64,000 nucleotides of DNA, from the NCBI RefSeq assembly GCF_018977255.1, contig NW_024704742.1:10914001-10978000 (forward strand), given 5' to 3'. A program made the translations under genes and the position numbers. Source of the stretch: Callorhinchus milii. Taxonomy: Eukaryota. The notes below the pieces were generated by a model that had not been told where the DNA came from, searched no databases, and worked only from the letters and a program-made list of their open reading frames with translations. Below, piece by piece: positions 12,630 to 24,569 of this stretch. Position 1 is the stretch's first letter. Each line of letters opens with the position of its first letter.

Positions 12630-13050
12630 AGGTGTCAACCTGACTCAATTAGTAGCACTTTTGTTGTTGAGTCAGGTTCAAGCCCTACACTAGAACACTG
12701 AGCTCATAGTCTAGGCTGACACTCCAGAGCGATGCTTGGAGGGCACTGAATTGTCAGAGATGCCACCCTTCAGATGAGACACTAAATCAAGTTCCTTTCT
12801 ACCTATTCAGGTGGACTTTAAAGATTCCAAGGCACTATTTGAGAAAAGATGGAAAAAGAAAAGCCCGGCATCCTAACCAACAAGCTCCCAAATAAAATCA
12901 ATCATTCAGATCACGGTTATTTGTGAGAATTGATATGCACAAATTGGTTGCTGCATTCACCTACAAATACAGAGTAACTACACTTTACTAGCAATCTTGT
13001 GAAACACACATTTTGACAATATAAGATGCAATATCAAATGCAATTATTTT
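12630..13050 (+). mobile_element. Deu-domain SINE
   Basis: ctcaattagtagcactt...gagtcaggttcaagccc...ctaggctgacactccag...cttcagatgagacactaaa...caggtggac. Confidence 0.85.
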
Positions 13051-14166
13051 TATTCGTAGTAAGAATTGTAATAAAGAGGACTGAAAGGCACCAGGAATTA
13101 CATTTTGCTGTAGTCTTTCTATCACTGCTCTATCCTTCTTGTAGTGTTGTGACCAGAATAGGACACTCTATTTAAAACATGGTCGAACCAAGGTTTTATA
13201 CAAATACTTCTTTATGTTTATTTTAACCAAGCCAACTGGCAGCTAAATCATCTGAAACTATTTCCCTGTGTTTTCTTTTAAGAGTTTTCCCAGTGTAAGA
13301 CAACAAAACTGCATTGAAATCAGCCCATTCAAAAGGGGAACTAAAATTTTGTTTTTTTTAATTTAAAGTTATGATAATTATGTGAGTAGCAACCTAGAAA
13401 AAAGGAAGCTTTACAATTCCTGGGGCAGAATTCGTGCCTGGAACAATAGCCTTGATTAGACAGTTTATCTTATATTCGTCTTCCTATGGCTTGGCTAACA
13501 TAATTATTTGTTCTTACTGTCTGTGATTTTTGTTTAATGTAATTGTAACTTTTGAATAGGGTATTGCCTGAGTTATCTTAGCTAGATGTCTGCCATTGAC
13601 CTTAAATGTTCACTTTGTGGCATGTCAAAAAAGGTTCTTTTCTTCTCATTTCCATGTGCCAAATTGTTTTGTGTTACCTGTCACAATGTTCCGCCACTGT
13701 CACTTTCCTCTGTATGTCCAGTGTTTGATGGCTGTTAGGGCTTGTCAAAGCTTATCGCTTGAATGTGATATGAATTGTTGAGCAGTCTTCCTAATAGCCA
13801 AATATTGTTCTTCATTAGGGTAGATGGCTCCAATGGAGCAGCAAGCACCAACACAGGCTCAATGAGTTGAATGGTTCCTTCTTTGCTGTAATATCCTTGA
13901 TCAAAGTGTACTCTTGATTGACTTATTTATGACTGTAAATTAAGGGATTATTTCCTAGAGAGCATTTGAGTGAAACCCCTGCTAGGAAGGGCAGTTTTTG
14001 GTTATTTTTTAATCTTGTCTTATTACTAGTTACAAATTTAGAACTGCTTTTGTTCCCTGCAAAGAAAGAAATGCAGTCCAGTGATATAAAACAATTATAA
14101 AGACCTCATTCAGAATATGTAGCTAGTGGTGTAAGTGGAGGGTAAGAGTAAGTAAGCAGAGTAACT

Positions 14167-14512
14167 GGAGTCCTGTAGTTTAGTGGTTAGAGCATTCGCC
14201 TCGCAAGCGACTGAAAGGCACCACTTGGGTTCAATTCCCAGCAGGCAAAATGTTGAGGAAAGCTTCTTTACTCCAAACGCCTCCATTTCCAGCAAGTAGG
14301 AATCCGGTTGTTGGTCAATTGTTTGATTGCTATTCCGAACGTAATAATTGATTAAAAAAAATAGTAAATTGGTCACTACAATCCACGATTGTTTGTAGGA
14401 TGCTGCTGCTGTGTTTTGCCCACAAGAATTACTGTCAATTCACTTTACAGGATATTCTGTGAAGAGCTTTGAGACGTCTCAAAGACGTGATCAATGGAAG
14501 GATTATTATTAA
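14167..14512 (+). mobile_element. tRNA-derived SINE
   Basis: Head ggagtcctgtagtttagtggttagagcattcgcctcgcaagcga; family body and tail. Confidence 0.88.
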
Positions 14513-14589
14513 TATTAGTAGTAGTAGTATTACATTCAATGTTTGTGCATGCAGTCTTAGGAAGGATTGGTTTTAGTAACAATTTATTG

Positions 14590-15015
14590 AATTTAATACC
14601 TGGGATGGAGGGTTTTAGCTATGGTGAAAGGCTAGGTAGATTTGGGTTATATTCCATGGACTTGAGGAGGTCAAAGAGTGAATTGATTGAGGTGTTTAAA
14701 ATAATGAGCATCCAGGTGGTAGAGATTGCTTCTCTCCATTAGAAGGACAGAAAAACAAGGTGATATCATTTCTAAATGAGAGCTAGACTGTTTTGAAATG
14801 AGATCAAAAAAACATTCATTCACACCGAGGGCTGTGGAAATGAGGAAGGTTATAAAAGCAGAATTATTTTTTGATGATTAAAAGGAGGTGATAGATACTT
14901 GGAAGTAAGAGACTTATTTGAGAAAAGGGAAGGAAATTGGATTAAAATATCTGCTATTTTTCAAACCTGGAGAAACCCAGGCTTAATGGGCTGAATGGCC
15001 TCCTCCTGTTCCTGG
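14590..15015 (+). mobile_element. CR1 LINE 3' fragment, old
   Basis: Encodes IPGMEGFSYGERLGRFGLYSMDLRRSKSELIEVFKIM; ends atgggctgaatggcctcctcctgttcct. Confidence 0.85.
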
Positions 15016-15135
15016 GACAGCAACATACCTGTAACATGTGTGGAGAAGTGGTTAGTTCCAACATGATTTGATATGGATTAGCTGTGATCTACCATCACAA
15101 TACTCCTCATCTCTATAATAATAATAATCCTTGCA

Positions 15136-16005
15136 CTCTCCACCTCTCAAAGCCAGTCAGGAACCTCGGCGTTTTGTTCGACCCTGAGCTGTCCTTTCTC
15201 CCTCACATCCGCACCACAACTGGCACCGCCTTCCATCACCTCCGGAACATCGCCAGACTACGGCACTACCTCACCCCTCACGCTGCTAAAACCCTGGTCC
15301 ACGCCTTTGTCACCTCAAGGCTGGACTATGGGAACTCTCTCCTCGCCGGCCTTCCCGCCACCTCCCTTCACAAGCTGCAGGTCATTCAGAACTCTGCAGC
15401 TCGTGTACTGTCCCGCACCAAGCTTCGGGACCACATCACTCCGACCCTCGCTCGCCTCCACTGGCTCCCCATCTCCCAGAGGATTGATTTCAAGATCCTC
15501 ATCCTCACCTACAAGGCCATTCACGGCCTTGCTCCCTCCTACCTCTCCAACCTACCTACTATCCCCCTACCTACCTGCCCGTACCCTCCGTTCCTCTGGC
15601 TCTGGTCTGCTCCACGTCCCCCGCCCCAACCGCCCTACCATCGGTGGTCGGGCCTTCAGCCTCTCAGCCCCGAGGCTCTGGAACTCCATCCCCCAGTGCC
15701 TTCGCCTTGCTTCCTCCCTTTCCTCCTTCAAGGCCGGTCTCAAAACCTTTCTCTTTGACCGTGCCTTCAGCTCCCCTCTCGACTCTCTTTCCCCTCCTCG
15801 CTCCCTCCCTTCCCTCCCGTCACCCTGACCATTTCCCCCCTCCTCGCTCCCTCCCTCCCTTTTCTCCCCTCACCCTGACCATTTCCCCCCAATGCTCGGG
15901 TCATGACCCAACTGTGCAGCGCCTTGGGACGTCCTCCTGACGTGAAAGGCGCTTTATAAATGGAATCTTGTTGTTGTTGTTGTTGTTGTGTTGTTGTTGT
16001 TATTG
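15136..16005 (+). mobile_element. L2 LINE, 5'-truncated, inserted into a SINE tail
   Basis: ORF VRNLGVLFDPELSF..HI...AF.HLRNIARLR...LVHAFVTSRLDYGNSLL...LQVIQNSAAR...HITPTLARLHWLPI..RIDFKIL; frameshift near 15560; (TTG)n tail; TTGCA at both junctions. Confidence 0.97.
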
Positions 16006-16250
16006 TTGCATTTGATACAGCACCTTATCACGTCTCAAGATGTCTCAAAGCGCTTCACAGAATATACTGTAAAGTGAATTTTTTAAAGGAATTATTACTC
16101 CCGGAAAAGCAATCCGCCAATCAACTAACAACCGGGTTCCTACTTATTGCTCGGCAGACAGACATGTGTGGAGTCAGGAAACTTGCCCAACATTTTGCCC
16201 TGCTGGGAATCAAACCCAGGTCCTCTTGCTTGCGAGGCAGCAACCACTGT
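16006..16250 (-). mobile_element. tRNA-derived SINE, internally deleted; its last ~20 nt lie at 15114-15135
   Basis: Reverse-complement family sequence; the tail continues on the far side of the L2 insertion. Confidence 0.88.
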
Positions 16251-16899
16251 AATCACTGCTGGTAGGGGGAGGCGGTTGAACTCCTTTTACCTGAGACTTT
16301 GCTGCCCATTTGCTGTAACCTCTAAGTTCCATCTCTTTGCTCATGGCAAAATGAGCACTGTTGCCTTTCCCTCCACCTGCTGGTAGCGGGTGGTAGCTGG
16401 TAGCTGGTATTCTCCTCTGGTTTCTGTGCATTCCGTCCTTACCTCTTACCTCTCTCTGTGTTCCATTTCTCCATGACCTCATTTCAGCTACTGAAAGGAA
16501 GAAGATGGTTTCCTTTCACAAGAGATGATCATTTATTGGGTTTCACTTCACACCTGGAGCTCGAAATCCCTCAAAGTCTGAGTAGAATGATCTTGAAAGA
16601 ATGTGTTTGCCTGCACCATCACATCTGTTTCTTTCTTCTCAATTGTCTAGTCTCGCACTTAGCAGTTGTAGGAATTCCCATTGCCACAATTGTTTCCTCA
16701 GCCTCGTGATGAGTGACTGCTGGAGAAGGAGGAGGAGATCTGTTAGCTGTTCAACTCCTTTTAACTGAGAATTTGCTGCCCATCTTCTGTTTCCTCTTTA
16801 ATAAATAATTTTCCTTAGTGACACTGCTGCCCCGTGGCAGTTTTGCAATTCCTTTGCTTATGATGCAAAATGCCTTTAGACATCTTTAGGCCTAATGAT

Positions 16900-17060
16900 T
16901 TTATAAATAGAGGCATAGAGTATACAAGCACAGAAGTTGTGTTGAACCTTTACAAATTGCTGGTTAGGCCTCAGCTGGAGTATCATATTCAATTCTAGGC
17001 ACCACACTTTACGAAGGATGTCAGGGCCTTGGGGAGGGTGCAGAAGAGATTTACCAGAAA
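16900..17060 (+). mobile_element. CR1 ORF2 fragment
   Basis: Degraded L.LYK.LVRPQLEY..QF..PH.RKDV..L.RVQKRFT motif. Confidence 0.8.
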
Positions 17061-17079
17061 CCGTTCGCTCAGTTAGCAC

Positions 17080-17370
17080 AGGCCTGTTTTGTATCCTCTG
17101 TCCTACCTGGCCACCATTAGTGGGCAGACTTTCAGCCTTTCTGCCCCACTCTCTGGAACTCCATCCCGGAGTCCTTTCAATCCTCTCCCTACCGCCCTCA
17201 CTTTATTCAAGATGCATCTGAAGACCTAGTTCTTTGCCCACTCTTTCAGTCATCTTCTCCACCCCTCACTTGCTCCCACCCCCAGCTCAGGTGCCCAGTC
17301 AGTAAAGTTAAGCATTTTGGGTCAATCCTCCTGTCATGAAAGCCTCTGCAAGATGTAAATTTGTTTTTTA
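17080..17370 (+). mobile_element. Old L2 3' fragment
   Basis: ggcagactttcagcc...ctctggaactccatccc...ctgaagacctagttctttg, then a degraded tail. Confidence 0.7.
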
Positions 17371-18048
17371 TTATTTTTTGAAATTACACTGAGGCTGAGG
17401 TGGAATGCCAAAGATGCAAGCATATTTGAAAGAGTGGCCTTGTTGCAGAAATCACACTTGATGGGCTGAGTGATATCCTCCACCTCTGGATTCTGTGCAA
17501 ACATTCATGGTGAACCAATAAGAGAATGCAGGTGAACTGAGACGTTTACTATTTTCTAGTCGGCTTCATAAATTTTATTTGTAACTGTTTTATATAAATA
17601 TTGACTGCGATTGAGGGGCATAGATGATTATATTACTGACCCAAAGTTTATAAAGTAACTGACAGCGTGATGTGATGCCTTGAGCGGAAGGTTAAATGCC
17701 ATTGTACACTCAAGGTCACTTCTGTAACTCAAGCAGGAATAGTTTACCTATTGTAGTCTGAAATCTGCAATCACTCAGTTTCATTATACCCTGGAGCTAA
17801 ATGTGTTACGAGAATGAGAAACATTTGCATCCATCTTAGTGCAGATTTTAACCTGTCCTTTGCAAAATCAACAGACATCGGTGTGGGTGCTTTTGCCTGA
17901 TGGCCTCATTTGCAAGCAAGAGGGCAATCAGTGGTTTCAGTCAGTCATGGTAGGAAACTTAGTTTGATGAATATTAAATACAGAAGATGTCAAATGTAAA
18001 AGCATGAACCACACAAACAGAACCCCGAAATTATGGGCAAGGGTTTAA

Positions 18049-18410
18049 ATAATAATCCTTGCATTTGATATAGCACCTTATCACGTCTTTGAGACGTCTC
18101 AAGGCACATCACAGAATATACTGTAAAGTAAATTGACTGTATATTTTGTGGGCAAAACAGGGTAGACAATTGTGCATAGCAGTGTCCCACAAACAGTCGT
18201 GGAATGAGTGACCATTTTTTTCCTTTGAAGAAGTTATTATCCCCAGCAAAGCAATCCGCCAAACAACTCACAACGGGGTTCCTACTTACTGCTAGGTAAA
18301 CAGAGACGTGTGGAGCAAGGAAACTTGCACAACGTTTCACCCTGCCGGGAATCGAACCCACATCTCTCGCTTGTGAGGCGAATACTCTAACCACTGAGCT
18401 ACAGGACTCC
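18049..18410 (-). mobile_element. tRNA-derived SINE, full length
   Basis: Ends aaccactgagctacaggactcc (reverse-complemented head); tail aataatccttgcatttg. Confidence 0.93.
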
Positions 18411-19145
18411 ATGTCTGAACTAAATGACTAAATGTCTGAAAGCAACATGTGGAGACAGTGTCTTCACATCTATGAATCTTTAACAACAATGTGCACTTAC
18501 AGCACCTTCCATCTAAACATCTCAAAGCTCTATCGAAAAATGGACGATAACTTGCAGGAGTGCATTGTGAAAGTGGATTAAACACACACACACACAGTTT
18601 GATTGTTCCTAGGAACAACTATTGAATTGGCAATTGTCTATGAAAACACTTTGATTTCTGTATGTAAAGTTTCTGACATCCAATTATTCTAGGTCATTGG
18701 TGTGTCCACAAATGTGGGCATCCTCCACAATGGTCGGTATGGAACAAGTCCAAGCAGGGGGTGTAAGTGTTTTTGTAGCATGCACAGCACATTGGTTGAC
18801 AAGATGATGAATATCATTGCAGAGAACACTTGTTTATATGAAAAAAGGTTCTGTATTTTTGTGCAGTCAGCAGACCACACTGTCTGTACCAGACTGTCTC
18901 ACTCTACACATTCAGAACCAATATGGCAAAGTGAAAATCTAACAAGACTTTTCTAAAATAACCTTCACAGAAACTGTAAGCATGAGAATAATGGCCTGAA
19001 CCTGGATGGCAGTATATTACAGACCAGACACATTTATATAAAAAAATGAATAGTTGTGTTACTTGAAACAACATTTGGTTTCATTATGTCCTCTTCGGTA
19101 TTTCCATCAGGTTTCAATTATTCTGGCCTTGGCAGTACTCTAGAC

Positions 19146-19821
19146 CAGGTGGTCTAACCCTTGGCTGCTGAGGAACGGATGTTGGATTTGAAAGATATCC
19201 ACGGGCCGAAAAAGCAATATTTTTGTGTTTCCCTTCCAGAAACATAACCCCTAAGAATCATATAGAAATCCTACGTTTTAAATTGTATAACTGTTTCATT
19301 TATTTTCACTATATTTTAGTTAAATGCAAACTTTAAACAGGAAATGTAAAAATTCATAAACATTTTAAAACTATAACACAGCCAGCGAAGCGGTATCTGT
19401 TTGTGTGTATCTCTGTATCTCTGTTTGTGTCTGTGTGGGTGTCTCTCTCTCTCTGTGTTTTGTGTGTGTGTGTGTGTCTCTGTACTGCTCTCTCTCTCTG
19501 TTTTGGTTCTGTGGCTCTCTCTCTGTTTGTATGTGTGTTTCTGTATCTCTCTCTCTGTGTCTCTGTGTTGTGTGTGTGTCTCTGTATCTGTCTCTCTATG
19601 CTCTGTGTGTGGGTGTGTGTATCTCTCTATCTATCTTACTCTTGTTACTGGTTTGAAAGTGATTAACAGGTTCTGATGCTAATCACCACCTCACGCTGCG
19701 GTTTTCCTGCTGGATCAGAACAAGCCTGGGCTCTGGCCACACAGTGTAACTGTGTTGCAGGCCGGATGAAATAATCCCCCGGGCCAGATGCGTCCTGCAG
19801 GCCGCCAGTTGGTCCACCCTG
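19146..19821. mobile_element. Non-autonomous hAT (Charlie-like) DNA transposon / MITE
   Basis: Termini CAGGTGGTCTAAC ... GTTGGTCCACCCTG; subterminal gggccg/ggccggatg motifs; left flank CTCTAGAC matches the Charlie NTCTAGAN target. The right TSD is degraded (CTCCAAGG). Confidence 0.75.
19394..19640. repeat. Compound (TC)n/(TG)n low-complexity microsatellite inside the MITE
   Basis: Alternating tgtgtg and tctctc tracts; source of the spurious ORFs at 19401-19676. Confidence 0.95.
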
Positions 19822-19959
19822 CTCCAAGGGAAGGTAGGAAGTCAAATTAGACTTTATATCTACATTTAGCGATGACAGGAACTTCGACTAGACAGACGCA
19901 GATCCTCACCCAAGCCATATTGTATCATCTTTGTTACAAACAATGATAATGATTGTTAC

Positions 19960-20350
19960 ATTTCATATAGGACGTCTTAAAGTGCTTCACAGGATACACT
20001 GTTTAAAGTGGATTGGCTGTGTGTATTTTGTAAGATGAACTCGGCAACCAATCTGCACACAGCAATATCTCACAAACAGCCATGAAGCAAATGACCAATT
20101 TTATTCGGGGTTTTGTTGGTCAGGTCACCAGGTGAAATTCTGTTCTCTTTTCAGATAGTGCCATGGGATCTTTAACGTTCACCTGAACAAGCAGATGTGA
20201 CCGTGTTTTAATGTCCCATCCGAAGGCCGGCACCTCCAACATTGCAACACCCCCTAGCCACTGCTTTAGTGTGTCATCTTACACTATATGAGTCCCAATG
20301 TGGGGCTTGAACCTAGACCTTTCTGACTCAGAGACATGAGTGCTGCCACA
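19960..20350 (-). mobile_element. Deu-domain SINE
   Basis: Reverse-complement Deu core (gccatgggatctttaacgttcacctga...cccatccgaaggccggcacctcc) and head ttctgactcagag. Confidence 0.85.
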
Positions 20351-22277
20351 GACACTGCACTTTACAGTGTATGCTGTGATACTCTGAGACACCCTTCTGA
20401 TGTGAACAGTGACATGTGAAATATTAGGATTATTATCCATCACCCCGCCTAAGAGCCTCCAAAGTCCTGACAGTTTTATCTAGACTGGGATTCCATCTGT
20501 CTGGTATAAACTGTGCCTTTAAAGCTTCTAACATGAATATATCTATTTTGCTTGCCTCTTGTCCATAACACTTGTACCCACTCCTTATCACTTCTTATCA
20601 CTATAATAATAATAATAAAATATTATTATTATTATTACTTGCTCTCTCTCCATAGCACTCGCCCACTCTGCCTATTGCTTACCTTTCTAAATATAATTTG
20701 CAAGAAATCTCCTCACAGCTTTGTGACAGAAAAGGGAAAGAAATACAGTTATTTTGTGTAAGGTTTACCTGACTATATGTGTGATAAATCCAGCAATAAA
20801 AATATGCAATCTCTCTCTCATCAGTTATATAAAAATCAAGAGCAAAAGCACACTGCTCAAACTTCAGCAATTATTTTACCTAATTGCTTTTTTGTAATAA
20901 TTATTTTGCATATATTATTCAACAATCTATTTATGGACTGGAATCAGTTCCAGTGCATAGTTTGTTGCTTGGTTGAGTTTGAATTAATGGCATTGACCAG
21001 AAATTGACAAGAGCATCGTTAGAAAATTGATACTGCAGTTTCTGTGCATAGCTATTGCTGGTAAAATTAATTTTCTTCAGTAAATTAAAGCTGGCCACCG
21101 TATCTTTCTTGCTTACAATGCTTCCTGTTTCTCCCTTTTGTGTTCTCTCTTCTGGAGAGACCAATGTTGAGGTCAATGACCCAATTCTCAATGCATTTCG
21201 GAAATATAAGTAATGCCAAAAACAGTCTATATTTTGATGTCTCTGGTATGATCAAAATGATCTCCTGATCTTTCAGAAACTCCAGGAATGTTTTGTAAGG
21301 AGACCACTTTAAATAATAATTGGGTTCACATTCTCACCACAGCTTGACAGCATTGGAAAATGTTAGCATTTCGTGATCGATTTGTAGATTTTCCAACAAA
21401 CTGTTGAAACCCTGGGAGGAAAATCTAATGCTTTTGTGAGAGACAAATATGCACGCTCTATTTTTTATTAATATTACAAAGAAAAATCGAGAGAGTGTAT
21501 TGTGCCTTTGCGACTGTGAGTAAAGCGTGGCAAAGCGGAGAGGAGCCTGGACTTGAGCTGCCTGCAACTAGTTGATTTATCTTCACATCCATTTCCATTG
21601 ATTTTGAAGAAAAGAGAAATGTGGCCCAATGTTTAAAACCAACCTGGATTGGCAGGAGCAGCACACGTACTATTTGTGGAGAAGGGAATATAAAATTTTA
21701 CAAATTGCCTTGAAATGTGATTTATCATCTTTCATTTTTGTAACTCCAGCACAGTGCGATTGGCATGTTATCGCAGTTCTATAATTTTTGCACTGATGTA
21801 GTCAGTCAACTGTTCCTGGGGGAAGATATATTATTGAAAGCCATGAGTTTACAAGGGCGGGGGAAAAGGAATGTTGCGAGTTTGTCTTTTTAACCTTGTG
21901 TAGTGTATTTTTCCATTTTCTCAAGAGATCTTTAACAGAGAAAGCTGCACTCTGCACTCATGTGGATCTGCTGTCAATACTTGATTGATATACTGGTGTG
22001 GTAAGAAATGGGGATTTAAGGAACTCTGAAGATTATTGCCTCATTAATCTTCTTCACTGCTAAAGAGAACATTGCAACATTACTGCATTGCAATATCGCT
22101 TGAGTGGCATATTTCTGATAAACCTGGATCTAATAACAAATTTCAGCATTTTCTGCACAAATCTATTTTTTTTATTTTATACTCACAGGGTTTCCTGGTG
22201 AATTCAATAATGTTATGATGGAAAACCCCAGAACCATTATATTGGGTCAATTTAGTTGGGTTTTGTGAGATGAATTT

Positions 22278-22341
22278 AAGGTGCTGCAAAGGGCAATAAA
22301 TAATAATAATAAAATAATAAAGATAATAAATAATAAAATAA
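22278..22341. repeat. (AAT/AAAAT)n simple repeat
   Basis: aaataataataataaaataataaagataataaataataaaata. Confidence 0.85.
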
Positions 22342-22759
22342 TCAGGTAATAAAGCACTGAAATCCTGTATAGACTTCTATATGTACCAAAAGTACAATAA
22401 AAACAATGAAAGAAAATTTGGTACACAAAAAAGAGTCAAATGGCACTATACAAATGAAGAAATGCTGCATAAGTATTGCTGTTGGGAAACTTTACTGCAT
22501 GGTGATTGGCTGGATCACTACAAATTAGGGAATGAACCAGGGATATTCCTGGCACTCTTTATAGCAGGCGGTCAGATCCACAAGCATCTAATCATTGAGC
22601 TCCTATCATAACCACTGGGCTGCTCTGTTGCTTATTTTCTCCTTAGTGTTATTATGTTGACAGGGTGTCTATTTGGACATGTTAGATTATTTCTTACCCC
22701 AACCACTTTCTTCCCATCACACACCTTCTTCGTTTTCTCTATTAAATACGACTAGATTT

Positions 22760-23312
22760 AGGTGTCAGTCTGGCTCAGTTGGTCCCACTTTTGCCTCTGA
22801 GTCAGAAGATTGTGGAATGCAGCTGCATGTCAGGACTTTGAGCTCATAGTTCAGGCTGACTGTCAAGCCCTTCGGGATGCTAACCCACATGAAAGGCGCT
22901 AAATACATGCAAGTTGTTGTTGTGTTGACACTTCAGGGTTGTCAGTGGTATGTACCTCAGATAAGATGTGAAACTGAGTCCTGCCTCCCTGTTCAGGCAA
23001 GGGTCAAAGATCACATACACTATTTCAGAAGAAAATTAGAAGGGAATATCTCCCGGTTTCCTAGCCAACAATCCCCCAATATAAATTGTTCATTAACTTT
23101 ATGGTTGTTTGTGGGACATTACTGTGCTCAAATGGGCTGCTGCACTTTAGTACAAAATGCACAATGAACACACTCTACAACAACTTGCATTTATATATAG
23201 TGCCCCTCACACAGGGTAGCTTCCCAGAGCGCTTGAAATCCTTTGAAGTGCTTTGAGGTGTTTTGACAATCCAATGAGCTGCTATATCAATTCTAAGGAT
23301 TATTATCATTAA
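22760..23312 (+). mobile_element. Deu-domain SINE carrying two short L2-tail insertions (~22865-22924 plus, ~23176-23238 minus)
   Basis: Head ggctcagttggtcccacttttgcctctgagtcagaag, Deu core and tail, interrupted by two (TTG)n-tailed L2 ends. Confidence 0.8.
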
Positions 23313-23445
23313 TATTACTAACTTTACAAAAGGTAATTTGCTCTTTTGATCTTGCATCACTTTCTTTCTGTACCGATATCAAGACTGTGTCCTACATTCA
23401 CTCATTCATTCCAGAGTCTCAAAATGGTAGAACACTTTGTCGCGT

Positions 23446-24085
23446 CTCATACTCTTTGGCTCTCATCAGTGTCTAAAATCTCATGGCTCTCACCTCCTCC
23501 ACTTACCCGACCTCCCCCTAAAACTCTCTGAACCCATACGCAACCTAGGCGTCAGGTTCGACCCCCAATTATTCTTCCACCCCCACGTCCAGTTCCTCAC
23601 CAGCATCGCCTTCTTTCACCTCCGATGCATTGGCTGCCTCCGCCAATACCTCTCTCTGAAAGCCGCTGAAACCCTAGTCCATGCCTTTGTCACTTCTCGG
23701 CTGGACTATTCTAATGCCCTCCTCGTCGGTCTCCCATCCACTACCATCCATAAAATCCAGATCATTCAAAACTCTGCTGCCCGCATTCTCACCCAAACCA
23801 AACTCCGCTCCCCGATCACCCCAGTCCTTGCCAGACTGCACTGGCTGCCTATCCCAGAGAGGATCGACTTCAAGATCCTCACCCTTGTATTCAAGTCCCT
23901 CCACTCCTCGCTCCCTTTCTTCCTATTTTCAGGTCTCTGCTGAAGACCTTTCTCTTCGACCGCGCCTTTGGTCACCTTTCTCCCCCTCCCCCGGCTCGGC
24001 ACTGGGATCCGTATCTGTGAAGCGCTCTGAGACGCCGTCCGGCGTGGAGGGCCCTATATTAATCTAAGTTGTTGTTGTTGTTGTT
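23446..24085 (+). mobile_element. L2 LINE, 5'-truncated, second family, flanked by a ~113 bp direct repeat
   Basis: ORF IRNLGVRFDPQL.F..HV...AFFHLR...AETLVHAFVTSRLDYSNALL...IQNSAARIL...LARLHWLPI..RIDFKIL; (TTG)n tail at ~24068-24085. Confidence 0.95.
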
Positions 24086-24569
24086 GTAATTTGCTCTTTT
24101 GATCTTGCATCACTTTTTTCTGTACCGATATCAAGACTGTGTCCTACATTCACTCATTCATTCCAGAGTCCCAAAATGGTAGAACACTTTGTTGCGTTAT
24201 AACGTTAGTATGATCTGATTTCTTCTTCTCCCCGCTCCCCCCCCTCATACACATAAATATAATTAACAGGGAGTTTTTGTAAACATCCACAGCATTTGAA
24301 AATCATCTTCAATTATGGTCATAAGATGGCGGGGCTGAAATTTTACATCCGATAAGTTAATTGTCACATCCATGATCCCTGAAATCTATATTTGGCTGTT
24401 GCAACTCTTTCCAAAAGAAAATCAATAACAATTAGCCCTCAAGAGAAGAACAAAAATCTCAGCCAGAGATAATAGTATGGTTTGGTTAAAATTATTACTT
24501 GAGATAAATTGTTTCAGGAGTTGGGGTTGTCCATCTCGCCTGGTTAGGTCTGGACATTATCCTGTATAG

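Noticed and set aside
15084..15828. 224 aa and 173 aa ORFs as host genes
   Set aside because: They are an L2 ORF2 C-terminal fragment and its alternative frame.
19401..19676. Cys/Val/Leu/Ser-rich ORFs in three frames
   Set aside because: Translation of a TC/TG microsatellite.
20763..21007. Possible terminal exon with a hydrophobic, GPI-signal-like stretch
   Set aside because: Weak acceptor, AT-rich sequence readily yields hydrophobic residues, no recognisable homology and no linked upstream exon.
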